Assembly (NCBI GenBank): GCA_050949565.1
Contig: JBMNFY010000010.1
Location: 1-64,000 of the forward strand
Length of the DNA stretch: 64,000 nucleotides
Origin: Kiritimatiellia bacterium
Lineage (GTDB): Bacteria; Verrucomicrobiota; Kiritimatiellia; RFP12; UBA1067
Direction of reading: 5' to 3'
The position numbers and the translations under genes are program-made. The notes beneath the pieces are model-generated. The model was given only the letters and a program-made list of their open reading frames with translations. It did no database searches and was not told the DNA's origin. Positions 52,775-62,106 of this stretch are shown here, piece after piece (positions within the stretch are counted from its first letter, which is position 1; the number at the start of each line of letters is the position of its first letter).

Positions 52775-53251
52775 ATGGCTGCTCAAAAAAAACGTGTTGA
52801 TCCCCGTCCGGATTGGGATACCTATTTCATGGCGATTGCTGAAGTGGCGGCGACGCGCGCCAACTGTTCGCGGCGCAAGGTCGCGGCGATCGTCGTGTCC
52901 GAGAACCGTATCATTTCGACGGGATACAACGGCACGCCGCGTGGGGTTAAGAACTGCTTCGAAGGCGGTTGCCCGCGTTGTGCGGGTAGTGCGCCGTCGG
53001 GCAGCAGCCTCGAAGAGTGCATCTGCGTCCATGCGGAACAGAATGCCATCTGTCAGGCGGCGTATCACGGCATTGCCTTGGCGGGCGCGACGATCTATGT
53101 GACGATCAGCCCTTGTCTGACGTGTGCCAAGATGATCATCAACGCGGGCATCCGCGAGGTGGTCTACGGCGGCGACTATGCCTTTACGGAGCAGACCGAG
53201 CGGTTGCTGAAAGAGGCGAAGGTAACGTGCCGCCGCTTTGTGAAGCCGTAG
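52775..53251 (+). CDS. dCMP deaminase (ComEB-like)
   Basis: RPDWDTYFM, STGYNGTPRG, HAEQNAI, SPCLTCAKMIINAGI. Confidence 0.95.
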   Translation: MAAQKKRVDPRPDWDTYFMAIAEVAATRANCSRRKVAAIVVSENRIISTGYNGTPRGVKNCFEGGCPRCAGSAPSGSSLEECICVHAEQNAICQAAYHGIALAGATIYVTISPCLTCAKMIINAGIREVVYGGDYAFTEQTERLLKEAKVTCRRFVKP

Positions 53252-56200
53252 CGGGCCAGACCGTCAGCCTGAAGAATCGGCGCGGGTAGGTGGCCTGCTC
53301 TTCGTGCGGGATCTCCAGCGTCCATAAATAACCGTCGCCGGTGTCTTCACAGCGCAGGTAGCGGCCGTCGGTGTTGTACCACTCAAGCAGATCCTCGGAC
53401 TCTTGGAGCGACGCCCAAGCATCGGGGCGATCGTATGCCTGATAGTAGGAGACGCTCACGCCTGAACCGTCTATCGCAAACCCTTGTATGGCGGAGCGTC
53501 CTTCGTCGGTGGGGTCCAGCGGGTCGGCACCGGTGTAGTACTCAACCAGATTCGGCACGCCGTCGCCGTCGGCGTCGCCTTCGAGCGAGGTGAGGCCGCG
53601 CAATCCGAGCCATTCTGAGTATCCGCCGCGCCCCGGCGTCGGCACGCCCGCCTGCCAGCGGCTGGGCGCGAACGGCACAAAGTCCGCGCGGTTGAGCGAG
53701 TCGCCGCCGCCATCTGCGGAACGGGGCCAATCGCCGCGCGTGCCGTACGTGATCGTATCCAGCGTGCGCCCTCGCGCATCAAGCAACGTGACCGTTTCGC
53801 CGCTGTCGGAGAGTCCGCCGTAGATCCAGTAGGCGGCAGGCGTGACCGCGTTGCCGTAACGGTGCCGGAAAGCCTCTTCGTGACGGGCGACGACCGCATG
53901 TTCGCCGGGCTTGAGGATGGGGCCGTCCAAGACAAGCTCGTGCGCGGGCTGGCCTTGCGGGAAGCGGCACCCCGCGAGGCTGATGTCGCAGTCGGCGAGG
54001 TTGACCAGCTCAACGAACTCGTAACACCGGGCGATCCATTCCGATTGCGGGGCGGTTGCGTTGACGTGCGGATGATAGTGGATCTCGTTGATCAGGATAT
54101 CGCCGGGACGGGCACGGCGGCCGCCCAGCAGATATTCCGCCCGTGCGGCGAGGCTCCAGGTTTGGCGCGTGCTGCTGTAGGCGCGGGCGAAAAGTTCGGC
54201 GGAGGCGGTGAGTTGCACCGACATGCCGGGGCGGCAGACGTGCGCCTGCGGGGCCGGAAGATTGTTCCAGAGCGCGGGGTCACTGCCGTCCAGCGTGTAG
54301 TAGATGAGGTCGCCTTCGGGCGCGGTCAGCGTCACGGTCAGCGGTTCACCGGGCGGCAGGATGCAACTCGCCGGATTGAGCAGCGGCGGCGCGTGCAACA
54401 GGGAGCACTTCTGCGTGAAGTTTTGGTCGATCCACGTCGCGTGGTTGGTGGCGAACCAAGTCATCCACGCGACCTCGCCGGAGTGGGTACGGCCGAAAAC
54501 GTCATTGGTGGGCCACTGGTTCCACTTCACGTAATCACGAGTGGCCGCCGCTTCAGGAAGCTGCGCGTGCAGCCGGGCGACGGTGGCCGCCAGATTGGTG
54601 TTGGAGAAGGGGCCTTGGCGCAGTGCGAACCAGCGGTCCCAGTAGAGACGCTGGAAGGCGGGCTGGGCATGCAGGCGGCCCCAGAAATCGCTGCGGGTGA
54701 AGGGCTCCGGGGCGAAGGTCCATACGTCCCAGCGCTTGGAGTTGGGCCTGTCGGTGTACCCGTATGGCCCCAACGAACGGTCGAAGTCCCAGACCGGCCC
54801 GGCCATGATCTTACCGCTGCGGTCTTTGTGAAAATAGGAGCTGAGCGTGAAGATGTCTACATCCATCGAGTAGGCTTTCATGATGTGGAAATCGGTCCAC
54901 GATAGCAGGTCAATGTAACGGCCGACACCAGTCTCAGGGTGCATGGGGTCGGAGCCGTACACGGTGTTTTCAAAATCGTTGAAGGCATTGACGAGATAGA
55001 GGCTCTGCTCGGGTTGGACCACATCGAGCTTGGGCCGATCGAGGACCATGTAGCGTCCGGTGCTGTTGGGGAAGTTGCGTGCGGTGCGCCAGTAAAATTC
55101 GTCGGTGTCGGCGCGGTCCGCCTTGAAGAGATAGCTGCCGGAGAGCGCGGGCTGCGCCGTGTCGCCTGGCGTCACGATGTCATCGATCGGCAGACGGCCG
55201 TTACCGATGCGGATGCGCTCTTCCAAAACGTAGAGCCCGTGGTAGCGGGCAGCCGAGAGGTCGGTGGTTTCGTTGTTGATGAGGAAAAGCTCCACCCAAC
55301 GCGTGCGCGGGGCGTAACGGCCGAGTTGGCGCGAGAGATCGAACATGAAGGCATCGTGCATGTAGGTGCGGTCATAGTTCCAGCAACTGATCAAGGCGAA
55401 GTCCGAGCCGTCGGGAAAACCGTTGATGCTGGCCTTCTCGTCGTCGTCCTCCTCGCCCCAGAAGGTGAGCGCGTAAGGTTTTTTGGGGAAACCAGCGGAT
55501 GAGGACCCGCGCACATGGATGCCGACGCGGCGGGTCAGCGTGGCGGGACCGGTCAGCGCGGCACTGCCGTCGACGGGCTCGATCAGGTGAGCGGAACAGG
55601 CGGTGTAGATTGACGATTCGCTCGTGGGGATACCGTCACGGAGCGGATCGTTCTCGCGCAGCACGAGGATCGGCAGGCCGCTGGTGAAGGCCAGCGTGGC
55701 GGAGTCGGACGCATGGAAGGTGTACATGGCGGTCGATGGGTTGCCGCTGCGCCCGAGCGCGTCGAACACGCAGGCGCGGATGTGCAGGGAAGAGGAGACC
55801 GAGAGCGGCGCGCTGTAGAGGAGGCTGTTGTCCAGCGTGGGGACCGCGCCGTTGGTCGTGTAGCGGATGCTTTGGCCCGGTGCGCTGCCGCTCAGCGTCA
55901 GGGTGAAGGGCGTGGCGGTGATGCCGGGAGGGTGCGAGAAGGCGACTGTCTGCGGCAAGCGCAGGATCGTGGCATCGCCGTTCATGACGCCGGGCGTGGC
56001 TTGAATGAGGTAGGAGGGTTCGTTGGTGACGAAGAGCGTGCGGATGACGGCCTCCAACGAGGGCTTGAGAAAGAGGTCGCTGCTGGTCGCGTTACAGTTC
56101 ATGAGGTGGACGGCCAGCATGTTGACGCCGCCGGTCAGCAGATTGGTGCAGGCGGTGAGATTGAGCGCCGTGGCGGTGGCGGGGTTGTTCAGAATCGACG

Positions 56201-57029
56201 CGGCGTAACTGGCATATGTCAAGGTCGCGGGGGACGGTGAATTCACGGCGGTGGCGAATCCACTGTTCATGTAAAATGCGGCGCCGTCGTCATAGGTCAC
56301 GGTGAGCGCGAGCGAAAGAACGGACGCGGCGTCGGCCAGTTCGAACGGAATGCGCAGGTAGACGCCGGGCTGGCCCTGCGCGATTTCCAGCAGGCTCAGG
56401 TTGACCTCAGAGACCCACGCGGGATTCTTCGTGCCATAGCCGGTCGGCAGGAGCCCCGCCAGCCATTCCGTGTCGTCGAAGGCCTGAGTGCGCCAGGTGG
56501 TGCCGAGCGCATCATCGGCCGGACAGTACGCGCGGACCGGCGAGGTGTTGGAGACGAGTAGGCATGTGTCATCCGCCAGTGAGATGGCCACACCGTACGC
56601 GATGTTTTCGTACTGCGGCGGGAAGCTGGGGCTGTAGGTGTGAACCGCTATACGGTCGGCGTTGAAGAGGCCCAGGAATTCGCCGTTTTTGCTGAGCGAA
56701 AAGTTGGTGTGCAACTCACCTGCGGGATCGGTCTGGTTCGCGCTGGAGGCCCAGATCAGGAGCGTACCCCAAGGGGGCAGCGTGACGGCGGGAATCACCC
56801 ATTTGGCCGGATTGCCCGCATTGTCCGAGAGCGACCAGCCAGCGAGGTTGATCGGGTGTCCGGTGGTGTTCTGCAGTTCCAGCCAGTCGGAGGCGTTGCC
56901 GAAGCTGTCATAACAAAAGCCGTTGTTATCAGCCATGAATTCGGAGATCACAACAGGGGGTGTCGCCGTGGCGATCTTCACCACAAGCGCCGCAGAAAGC
57001 CAGATACGTTGTAAGCCTTTGCCAGACAC
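53184..57029 (-). CDS. CotH kinase family protein with lamin-tail domains and FN3-associated modules
   Basis: VISEFMADN…DWLEL, IRYTTNG, RGSSSAGFPKKPY, GPVWDFDRS, YYTLDGSDP, INEIHYHP, DADGDGVPNLVEY; start GTG estimated. Confidence 0.88.
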   Translation of the reverse strand: MSGKGLQRIWLSAALVVKIATATPPVVISEFMADNNGFCYDSFGNASDWLELQNTTGHPINLAGWSLSDNAGNPAKWVIPAVTLPPWGTLLIWASSANQTDPAGELHTNFSLSKNGEFLGLFNADRIAVHTYSPSFPPQYENIAYGVAISLADDTCLLVSNTSPVRAYCPADDALGTTWRTQAFDDTEWLAGLLPTGYGTKNPAWVSEVNLSLLEIAQGQPGVYLRIPFELADAASVLSLALTVTYDDGAAFYMNSGFATAVNSPSPATLTYASYAASILNNPATATALNLTACTNLLTGGVNMLAVHLMNCNATSSDLFLKPSLEAVIRTLFVTNEPSYLIQATPGVMNGDATILRLPQTVAFSHPPGITATPFTLTLSGSAPGQSIRYTTNGAVPTLDNSLLYSAPLSVSSSLHIRACVFDALGRSGNPSTAMYTFHASDSATLAFTSGLPILVLRENDPLRDGIPTSESSIYTACSAHLIEPVDGSAALTGPATLTRRVGIHVRGSSSAGFPKKPYALTFWGEEDDDEKASINGFPDGSDFALISCWNYDRTYMHDAFMFDLSRQLGRYAPRTRWVELFLINNETTDLSAARYHGLYVLEERIRIGNGRLPIDDIVTPGDTAQPALSGSYLFKADRADTDEFYWRTARNFPNSTGRYMVLDRPKLDVVQPEQSLYLVNAFNDFENTVYGSDPMHPETGVGRYIDLLSWTDFHIMKAYSMDVDIFTLSSYFHKDRSGKIMAGPVWDFDRSLGPYGYTDRPNSKRWDVWTFAPEPFTRSDFWGRLHAQPAFQRLYWDRWFALRQGPFSNTNLAATVARLHAQLPEAAATRDYVKWNQWPTNDVFGRTHSGEVAWMTWFATNHATWIDQNFTQKCSLLHAPPLLNPASCILPPGEPLTVTLTAPEGDLIYYTLDGSDPALWNNLPAPQAHVCRPGMSVQLTASAELFARAYSSTRQTWSLAARAEYLLGGRRARPGDILINEIHYHPHVNATAPQSEWIARCYEFVELVNLADCDISLAGCRFPQGQPAHELVLDGPILKPGEHAVVARHEEAFRHRYGNAVTPAAYWIYGGLSDSGETVTLLDARGRTLDTITYGTRGDWPRSADGGGDSLNRADFVPFAPSRWQAGVPTPGRGGYSEWLGLRGLTSLEGDADGDGVPNLVEYYTGADPLDPTDEGRSAIQGFAIDGSGVSVSYYQAYDRPDAWASLQESEDLLEWYNTDGRYLRCEDTGDGYLWTLEIPHEEQATYPRRFFRLTVWPATASQSGGTLPSPLSATARSAP

Positions 57030-57080
57030 GCGCACAGTATAGGCGATGTTCTGGCCGTTCGCCAAGTGTCGGCTTACGAA

Positions 57081-57210
57081 ATCTGGAGTGCGGTGACAAG
57101 AGCCGCGCTGTGCGCGGGTCGCGGCACCGCTTTTGCGCACAGCCCTGCCGCCGTACTCCTGCTCAAAAAGCGGCGTCGCGCGGAATACCGCTTGCCGCCG
57201 CACTCCAAAT
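57081..57210. repeat. REP/REPIN-like palindromic element, copy 2 (inverted relative to 36872-36982)
   Basis: ATCTGGAGTGCGG…CCGCACTCCAAAT terminal inverted repeats; internal arms shared with copy 1. Confidence 0.85.
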
Positions 57211-57420
57211 CTTTTCGCCTGACTTGCGGGTGCCGAAATGGGCACAAACCACGCACTAAACTCGCATGACCCCTGTCACTAACCGCGATTCGCGTACCGC
57301 GTTCGGGGATAGACAGTTGCCCCCGATTGTGCGACACTGTTCTTACCTTGGGCGAGGGACGTTGGGGCGTCAGCCCCGTCGCTGTTGCATGAATGCGAAA
57401 TGGAAACGAGGTCTGTCAGG

Positions 57421-60400
57421 ATGCGTAAGCTGGTACTAGTTTCAAGTCTGTTGCTGATCCAATCGGCGGGTGCCTTTGCGCCCACCAATCTCCCGAACTG
57501 CGTGATCTGGCTGCAAGCCGGAAGTGACGATGTCCAGTTCAATCCCAACACCGGACGCGTCACGACGTGGCTCGACCGTTCCGGCAACAACAACCACGCT
57601 TATCAGACCGACACCAACCGCCAGCCGGTGTTTGTCTCAAGCGGCCTGAACGGTCTGCCGGCGTTACACTTTGACCAGCGCCTTTTCAATGACGCTTACG
57701 CGGCCGGTCTAGTGACCTCGAATGCGTTGAATGCCGCCTTTTCCGTGTTTACCGTGATGTGTGTCAGGGATGACAGCGGACGCGGGATCGCCTGGCGCAG
57801 GTTCGTGGGGTCGCTCGATAAAAACTGGCTTCTCGGAACCTACAGTGACGGCTCTTTTTACGCGCATGCCGACACCAGCGAATTGAGCGGCATTGCGGCG
57901 CGGCTACGCGCGCCTTACCAATTCGGGCGCACGTACACGCTGTCGGCGGTCAACACGACGAGCGAACAACGCTTCTACGTGAACGGGTATGACCTTACGG
58001 GTAATTCAAGTCTTACCACGTCGCCGGGTCGGCTGACGATCGGAGGCTGCGCGCGCAATGCGGCAGATCCGAGCGATGTCGTGATTGCCGAAGTGATCGT
58101 TTACGAGCGCGCCCTTTCCGCTGCCGAGCGCGATCAGGTTGAAGCCTACCTAAAGGAGCGCTACGCGGTGTCGGACGCGGGTTTCGACGGGTCCGTGTGG
58201 AGCGGCTTTGGCAGCAGTAACCTCTGGAGCGACAACGCCAACTGGCACCAGTCCCTTCCTGCCCGGCCGATGCTGGCCTTTGAAACCAACATCCAGTCAA
58301 CGTCTGTGAACGACCTGCCCGGACTCACGGTGGACAGCATCATGGTGTGGAACCGTAACATCTCGGCATCGGGCAACCCCATCACTCTGGAGAACAATTT
58401 CTTCTGCTTCCCGCAGTCTACCGTTAACTGGGCGCTGGACACCATCTTGCCCGACGGTCAGCACACCTTCTCGGTGCGCGGCAACCGCCGCCTCAACTTC
58501 TCCGGTCGTCTCTCCGGCACAGGCGGGATCTGTCTGGGGACGGGAGCCCTGTACGATGGCACGCTCGCCCTGCTCTGCCCGACAAACAGCTTCACCGGTC
58601 CGGTCCACATCCAAACCGGCATCGCCGAAATCTCCCGGTTGGCACCGGCCGGCACGTCCAGTTCGCTGGGAGCGGCGACTGGTGCGGACGCCACCATGCA
58701 TCTCGGCAACGTCCGCTACAACATCGTGGGCGGCGTGCGCTACACCGGTACGGCATCGGCGACCACCGACCGCGATTTCCGCTTCATGCGCAACGTGGCC
58801 ATCCTCAACGGCAGCCCCACGGACGCAGCCCTTGCTTTCAGTGGCACAATGTGCCCTGTTGACGAGCCGCGCGCGGGCCTGGCGACGCTGGAACTAGGCG
58901 GAACCTCGCGTGGTACCAATCTCATCGCATCGACCCTCAGCGACTCCCCGTTGGGCCAAAACCATCTCGCGGTTACCGTCAAGGGCGGCGTCTGGCGCTT
59001 TAACCAGTCCAACACCTTTACCGGGGGGTTCACGCTGGAAGGCGGCACGGTGTTCCTGACAGGCACCGGCGGGCTCGGGCAAGGCCCCGTTCGCGTCAGG
59101 ACCGGCGCCACGCTCGGCGGCAACGGGGTCGCCACCTCAGCCAGCGCGATCCTCCAGTATGAAGGCGCCATCATCTCGCCCGGCGATCCCGACGAAAACG
59201 GCGGTATCGGTTGCCTCACCTACGATATTGGAGCGGGACTCTCCGGCGTACGGCTCGTCATACAGACCACCCTGCAGACCAATGACAGCATCCGTGTCAA
59301 TGCCACCCTCCCGTTGCCTGCCTTCCTGACGGTGGAAGTCCAGGCGGCTTCCGCCGCCGACTGCCCCGAATCCCTGCGCATCATCGATGCGACCGCGCTG
59401 ATCGGCGCGCAGGATCTTTCCGCATGGGAGATCATCGCCCCCTGCGCCTATCGTGCCGTGCGCGAGGGCTCGTCGGTGCTGCTTGTCAAGGAGCCCGCCT
59501 TTTCTGCCGATGCCTGGCAATACAACATGAAGATCCGCTTTCCGGGGTACACCGGCACCTCCGTCCTAACCAATTTCCCCGTCCTGATCAAACTGACAGA
59601 GGGCACGGGCAACCGGTTCCACTACGGTGAGTGCGATCCGAACGGCGCCGACCTGCTCTTCACCGACGCAGACGGCACGCGCTTGCAGCACGAGATCGAG
59701 CGCTGGGAGATCAACGGCGAGTCTTGCGTGTGGGTCAAACTGCCGCGCCTGACGCGGGGCACAGAGATCACCGCGCACTGGGGCAACCCCGCCTTTGCAC
59801 CGCTCAAGGCCACCTTCCAACCGATCGACTTGCCCGGCTGTGCGCTCTGGCTCGACGCGGCCGCGAGCTTTACGGCGGATGGTGCTTCCATCGCCACCTG
59901 GCCGGATCTTTCCGGAAACGACCGCCACGCTACGCAAAGCAATGCCGCCGCGCAGCCGCGCTGGGTAGCTAACGCCGTCAACGGCCTGCCCGCCGCGCGC
60001 TTTGAAGTGACGGGTACCATGGACGGCATGGTCACTGGATGGAACACCCAGGAGGATTCTGCCTACACCGTGATCGTCGCCGGCACGCACCGCAGGGAAG
60101 TCGACCCCGGCGATTCTTGGCGGCGCATTGTCAAGGGGTCTGCCGCCTATAACGCTTGCATCGCCGTGCGGATCGACAACACTTTTGAGGCAGGCACACG
60201 CGATGGCGATTATAAGTCCCTCGCAACATCGAGCACGCGCGCTACGCTCGGTGCTCCGTTTGTCGGCACGATCGTGGCCGACGGCACCCACTCCTACTTT
60301 GCGCTTAATGGCTTCGCCTTCCCGACGGTTGCCGTCGCGGGTGCGTTCGGCGACCTCGGGCTCGGGGCGAGCGGATTCGGCAACGACGGATGGGACGGTG

Positions 60401-61884
60401 ACATCCTGGAGGTCATCGCTTACGACCGTGCGCTCTCTCTCGCTGAGCGCCAGCAGGTGGAGCGCTATTTGGCAGAGAAATACGACGGGCTTTCTGCCCA
60501 CTTCGTGCCCGAGTTCGGGTTGCAACAATGGCTACGGGCCGACATGGTGAATGCCGATGTGCTGGACAACGGCGTGCCGCGCGTGTCCAGAGCGGACAAC
60601 CAAACTTCCGTATTTGGCATGCACGCCACGCAGGGTACGACCAATCGCATGCCTGAAAAAGTTGCGTCGGCCATCAACGGCAAGCCCGCGCTGCGCTTTG
60701 ACGCGGTGCCCGACCAGTATGACGCCCTCCGGAGTCCCGTCGCGCCGATCGGCGAGGCTTACACGGCCTTCGCTGTCTTCGCGCCGAACACCACCGGCCT
60801 GACGGAGCGTGTGATCATGCAGGGATACGGCGGCGTCAGCCGCCTCGGCATCACGAACGGCATTCTCATGCGCAGCGCCGGCGGTACCGTTTCGCAACTC
60901 CTGCCTTGCCCGCCCCATCAACCGCTGATCGCCACATTGCGCTGCAACGGACTCTCCTCCAGTTTCTACGTCAACGGCGTGAATCTCACGCAGAACGCTA
61001 CGCCGTCAGGCAACTGGGCCGGGAGTGGAGGTGTCGAAAACCGGGTGATCATTTTTGGCGCGGGTTACGGGGACGGCGCGCTCTTGCGGCCGATGGACGG
61101 TGACCTCGCCGAGGTCATGGTCTACAACCGTATCCTTTCCGATCACGAACGCCAGCGCGTGGAGGCCTACCTCGCGGACCGCTATGCAATTCCCATCAAC
61201 CGCAACAACGCACAGGTGTGGTCGGAGGGCTACACCGGCGTCTGGCACCTGACCGATACCTCGCGCCTGTTGCTCGCCGACGCTTCGCCCGCGCAGAACG
61301 GCGCGGTGCTGCTGGGCATCGACGAAGCGTACGCCGTTCCGGCATGGACCGCAGAAGGTCTGGCTTGGGATGCGGCGTCGCAGTTCGGCAGAAGCCGTAC
61401 CGCGCCAGTCACGCCGTCGACGCTCTCGTTCTGGGCGCTGCAAACCGAGTCGTCGGCGAACCTTGCCACGGTGATCGCCGGAACCTCCGGCGCGCCGTAC
61501 GTCGCGCTCAACAACGCCGCAGGTAAGCTCCGTGTCGCCGCTACGGACGCCGCGCCGCTGATCGGCGGCAGCGACGCCTGGACGCACTACACGGTTGTCG
61601 TGAATCCCGCCAGCCAGGCCGTGCAGGTTTACGGCAACGGTCTGCCGCTCGACACGGCACCGGGCGTGCAGGGGAGCGGGATGCCGACCGGGCAGGCGCT
61701 GACATTCGGGCACGATGCGAATACGTCCGACGTTTCGAAAACCTTTTCGGGCGCGTTGGATGAACTCCGTCTTTCGACGACCGCGCGGAACGCGGACTGG
61801 ATACGCGCTGCCTATCTGACGCAGGCAGAAAACGCTTCGTTCACCAGCTACCACCACTTCGGCACGTTCTTCATGTTGCGATAG
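57421..61884 (+). CDS. Large secreted adhesin-like protein: LamG-like domains, autotransporter-associated beta-strand repeats, DUF2341
   Basis: Signal peptide; WLDRSGNNNHA…IAEVIVYERALS…YLKERY repeated three times; NSFTG/NTFTGG strands; LTNFPVLIKL…HEIERW…WVKLP; ends GTFFMLR with no beta-barrel. Confidence 0.85.
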   Translation: MRKLVLVSSLLLIQSAGAFAPTNLPNCVIWLQAGSDDVQFNPNTGRVTTWLDRSGNNNHAYQTDTNRQPVFVSSGLNGLPALHFDQRLFNDAYAAGLVTSNALNAAFSVFTVMCVRDDSGRGIAWRRFVGSLDKNWLLGTYSDGSFYAHADTSELSGIAARLRAPYQFGRTYTLSAVNTTSEQRFYVNGYDLTGNSSLTTSPGRLTIGGCARNAADPSDVVIAEVIVYERALSAAERDQVEAYLKERYAVSDAGFDGSVWSGFGSSNLWSDNANWHQSLPARPMLAFETNIQSTSVNDLPGLTVDSIMVWNRNISASGNPITLENNFFCFPQSTVNWALDTILPDGQHTFSVRGNRRLNFSGRLSGTGGICLGTGALYDGTLALLCPTNSFTGPVHIQTGIAEISRLAPAGTSSSLGAATGADATMHLGNVRYNIVGGVRYTGTASATTDRDFRFMRNVAILNGSPTDAALAFSGTMCPVDEPRAGLATLELGGTSRGTNLIASTLSDSPLGQNHLAVTVKGGVWRFNQSNTFTGGFTLEGGTVFLTGTGGLGQGPVRVRTGATLGGNGVATSASAILQYEGAIISPGDPDENGGIGCLTYDIGAGLSGVRLVIQTTLQTNDSIRVNATLPLPAFLTVEVQAASAADCPESLRIIDATALIGAQDLSAWEIIAPCAYRAVREGSSVLLVKEPAFSADAWQYNMKIRFPGYTGTSVLTNFPVLIKLTEGTGNRFHYGECDPNGADLLFTDADGTRLQHEIERWEINGESCVWVKLPRLTRGTEITAHWGNPAFAPLKATFQPIDLPGCALWLDAAASFTADGASIATWPDLSGNDRHATQSNAAAQPRWVANAVNGLPAARFEVTGTMDGMVTGWNTQEDSAYTVIVAGTHRREVDPGDSWRRIVKGSAAYNACIAVRIDNTFEAGTRDGDYKSLATSSTRATLGAPFVGTIVADGTHSYFALNGFAFPTVAVAGAFGDLGLGASGFGNDGWDGDILEVIAYDRALSLAERQQVERYLAEKYDGLSAHFVPEFGLQQWLRADMVNADVLDNGVPRVSRADNQTSVFGMHATQGTTNRMPEKVASAINGKPALRFDAVPDQYDALRSPVAPIGEAYTAFAVFAPNTTGLTERVIMQGYGGVSRLGITNGILMRSAGGTVSQLLPCPPHQPLIATLRCNGLSSSFYVNGVNLTQNATPSGNWAGSGGVENRVIIFGAGYGDGALLRPMDGDLAEVMVYNRILSDHERQRVEAYLADRYAIPINRNNAQVWSEGYTGVWHLTDTSRLLLADASPAQNGAVLLGIDEAYAVPAWTAEGLAWDAASQFGRSRTAPVTPSTLSFWALQTESSANLATVIAGTSGAPYVALNNAAGKLRVAATDAAPLIGGSDAWTHYTVVVNPASQAVQVYGNGLPLDTAPGVQGSGMPTGQALTFGHDANTSDVSKTFSGALDELRLSTTARNADWIRAAYLTQAENASFTSYHHFGTFFMLR

Positions 61885-61904
61885 CATCCGCGTGTAGCAC
61901 GGAG

Positions 61905-62102
61905 TTGGTTGTTAGTGCCTTACGGCTCAACAAGCACGACGAATTCGAGGGGCATCAAGAGGGATACGGCGTGAAGGAAATCAAGGCACAGTTTCAGGGA
62001 GACCTGACGCTTTCGGGTGGGGTGGATCTTGCCGGTGACATCACCGTTGGCGAGAACGGCTGGATTGTTCCTTCTCCAGGGCTTTCCATTATCATCAGGT
62101 GA
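61905..62102 (+). pseudogene. Probable 3' remnant of a passenger-like gene ending GLSIIIR
   Basis: GDLTLSGGVDLAGDITVGENG beta-helix-like stretch plus terminal motif; no signal peptide. Confidence 0.4.
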
Positions 62103-62106
62103 GGGT

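Noticed and set aside
32355-57245. Upstream extensions given by the ORF track (33566, 38548, 44608, 46358, 57245)
   Set aside because: They run through repeats, intergenic DNA or neighbouring genes; downstream starts with RBS or signal peptides fit better
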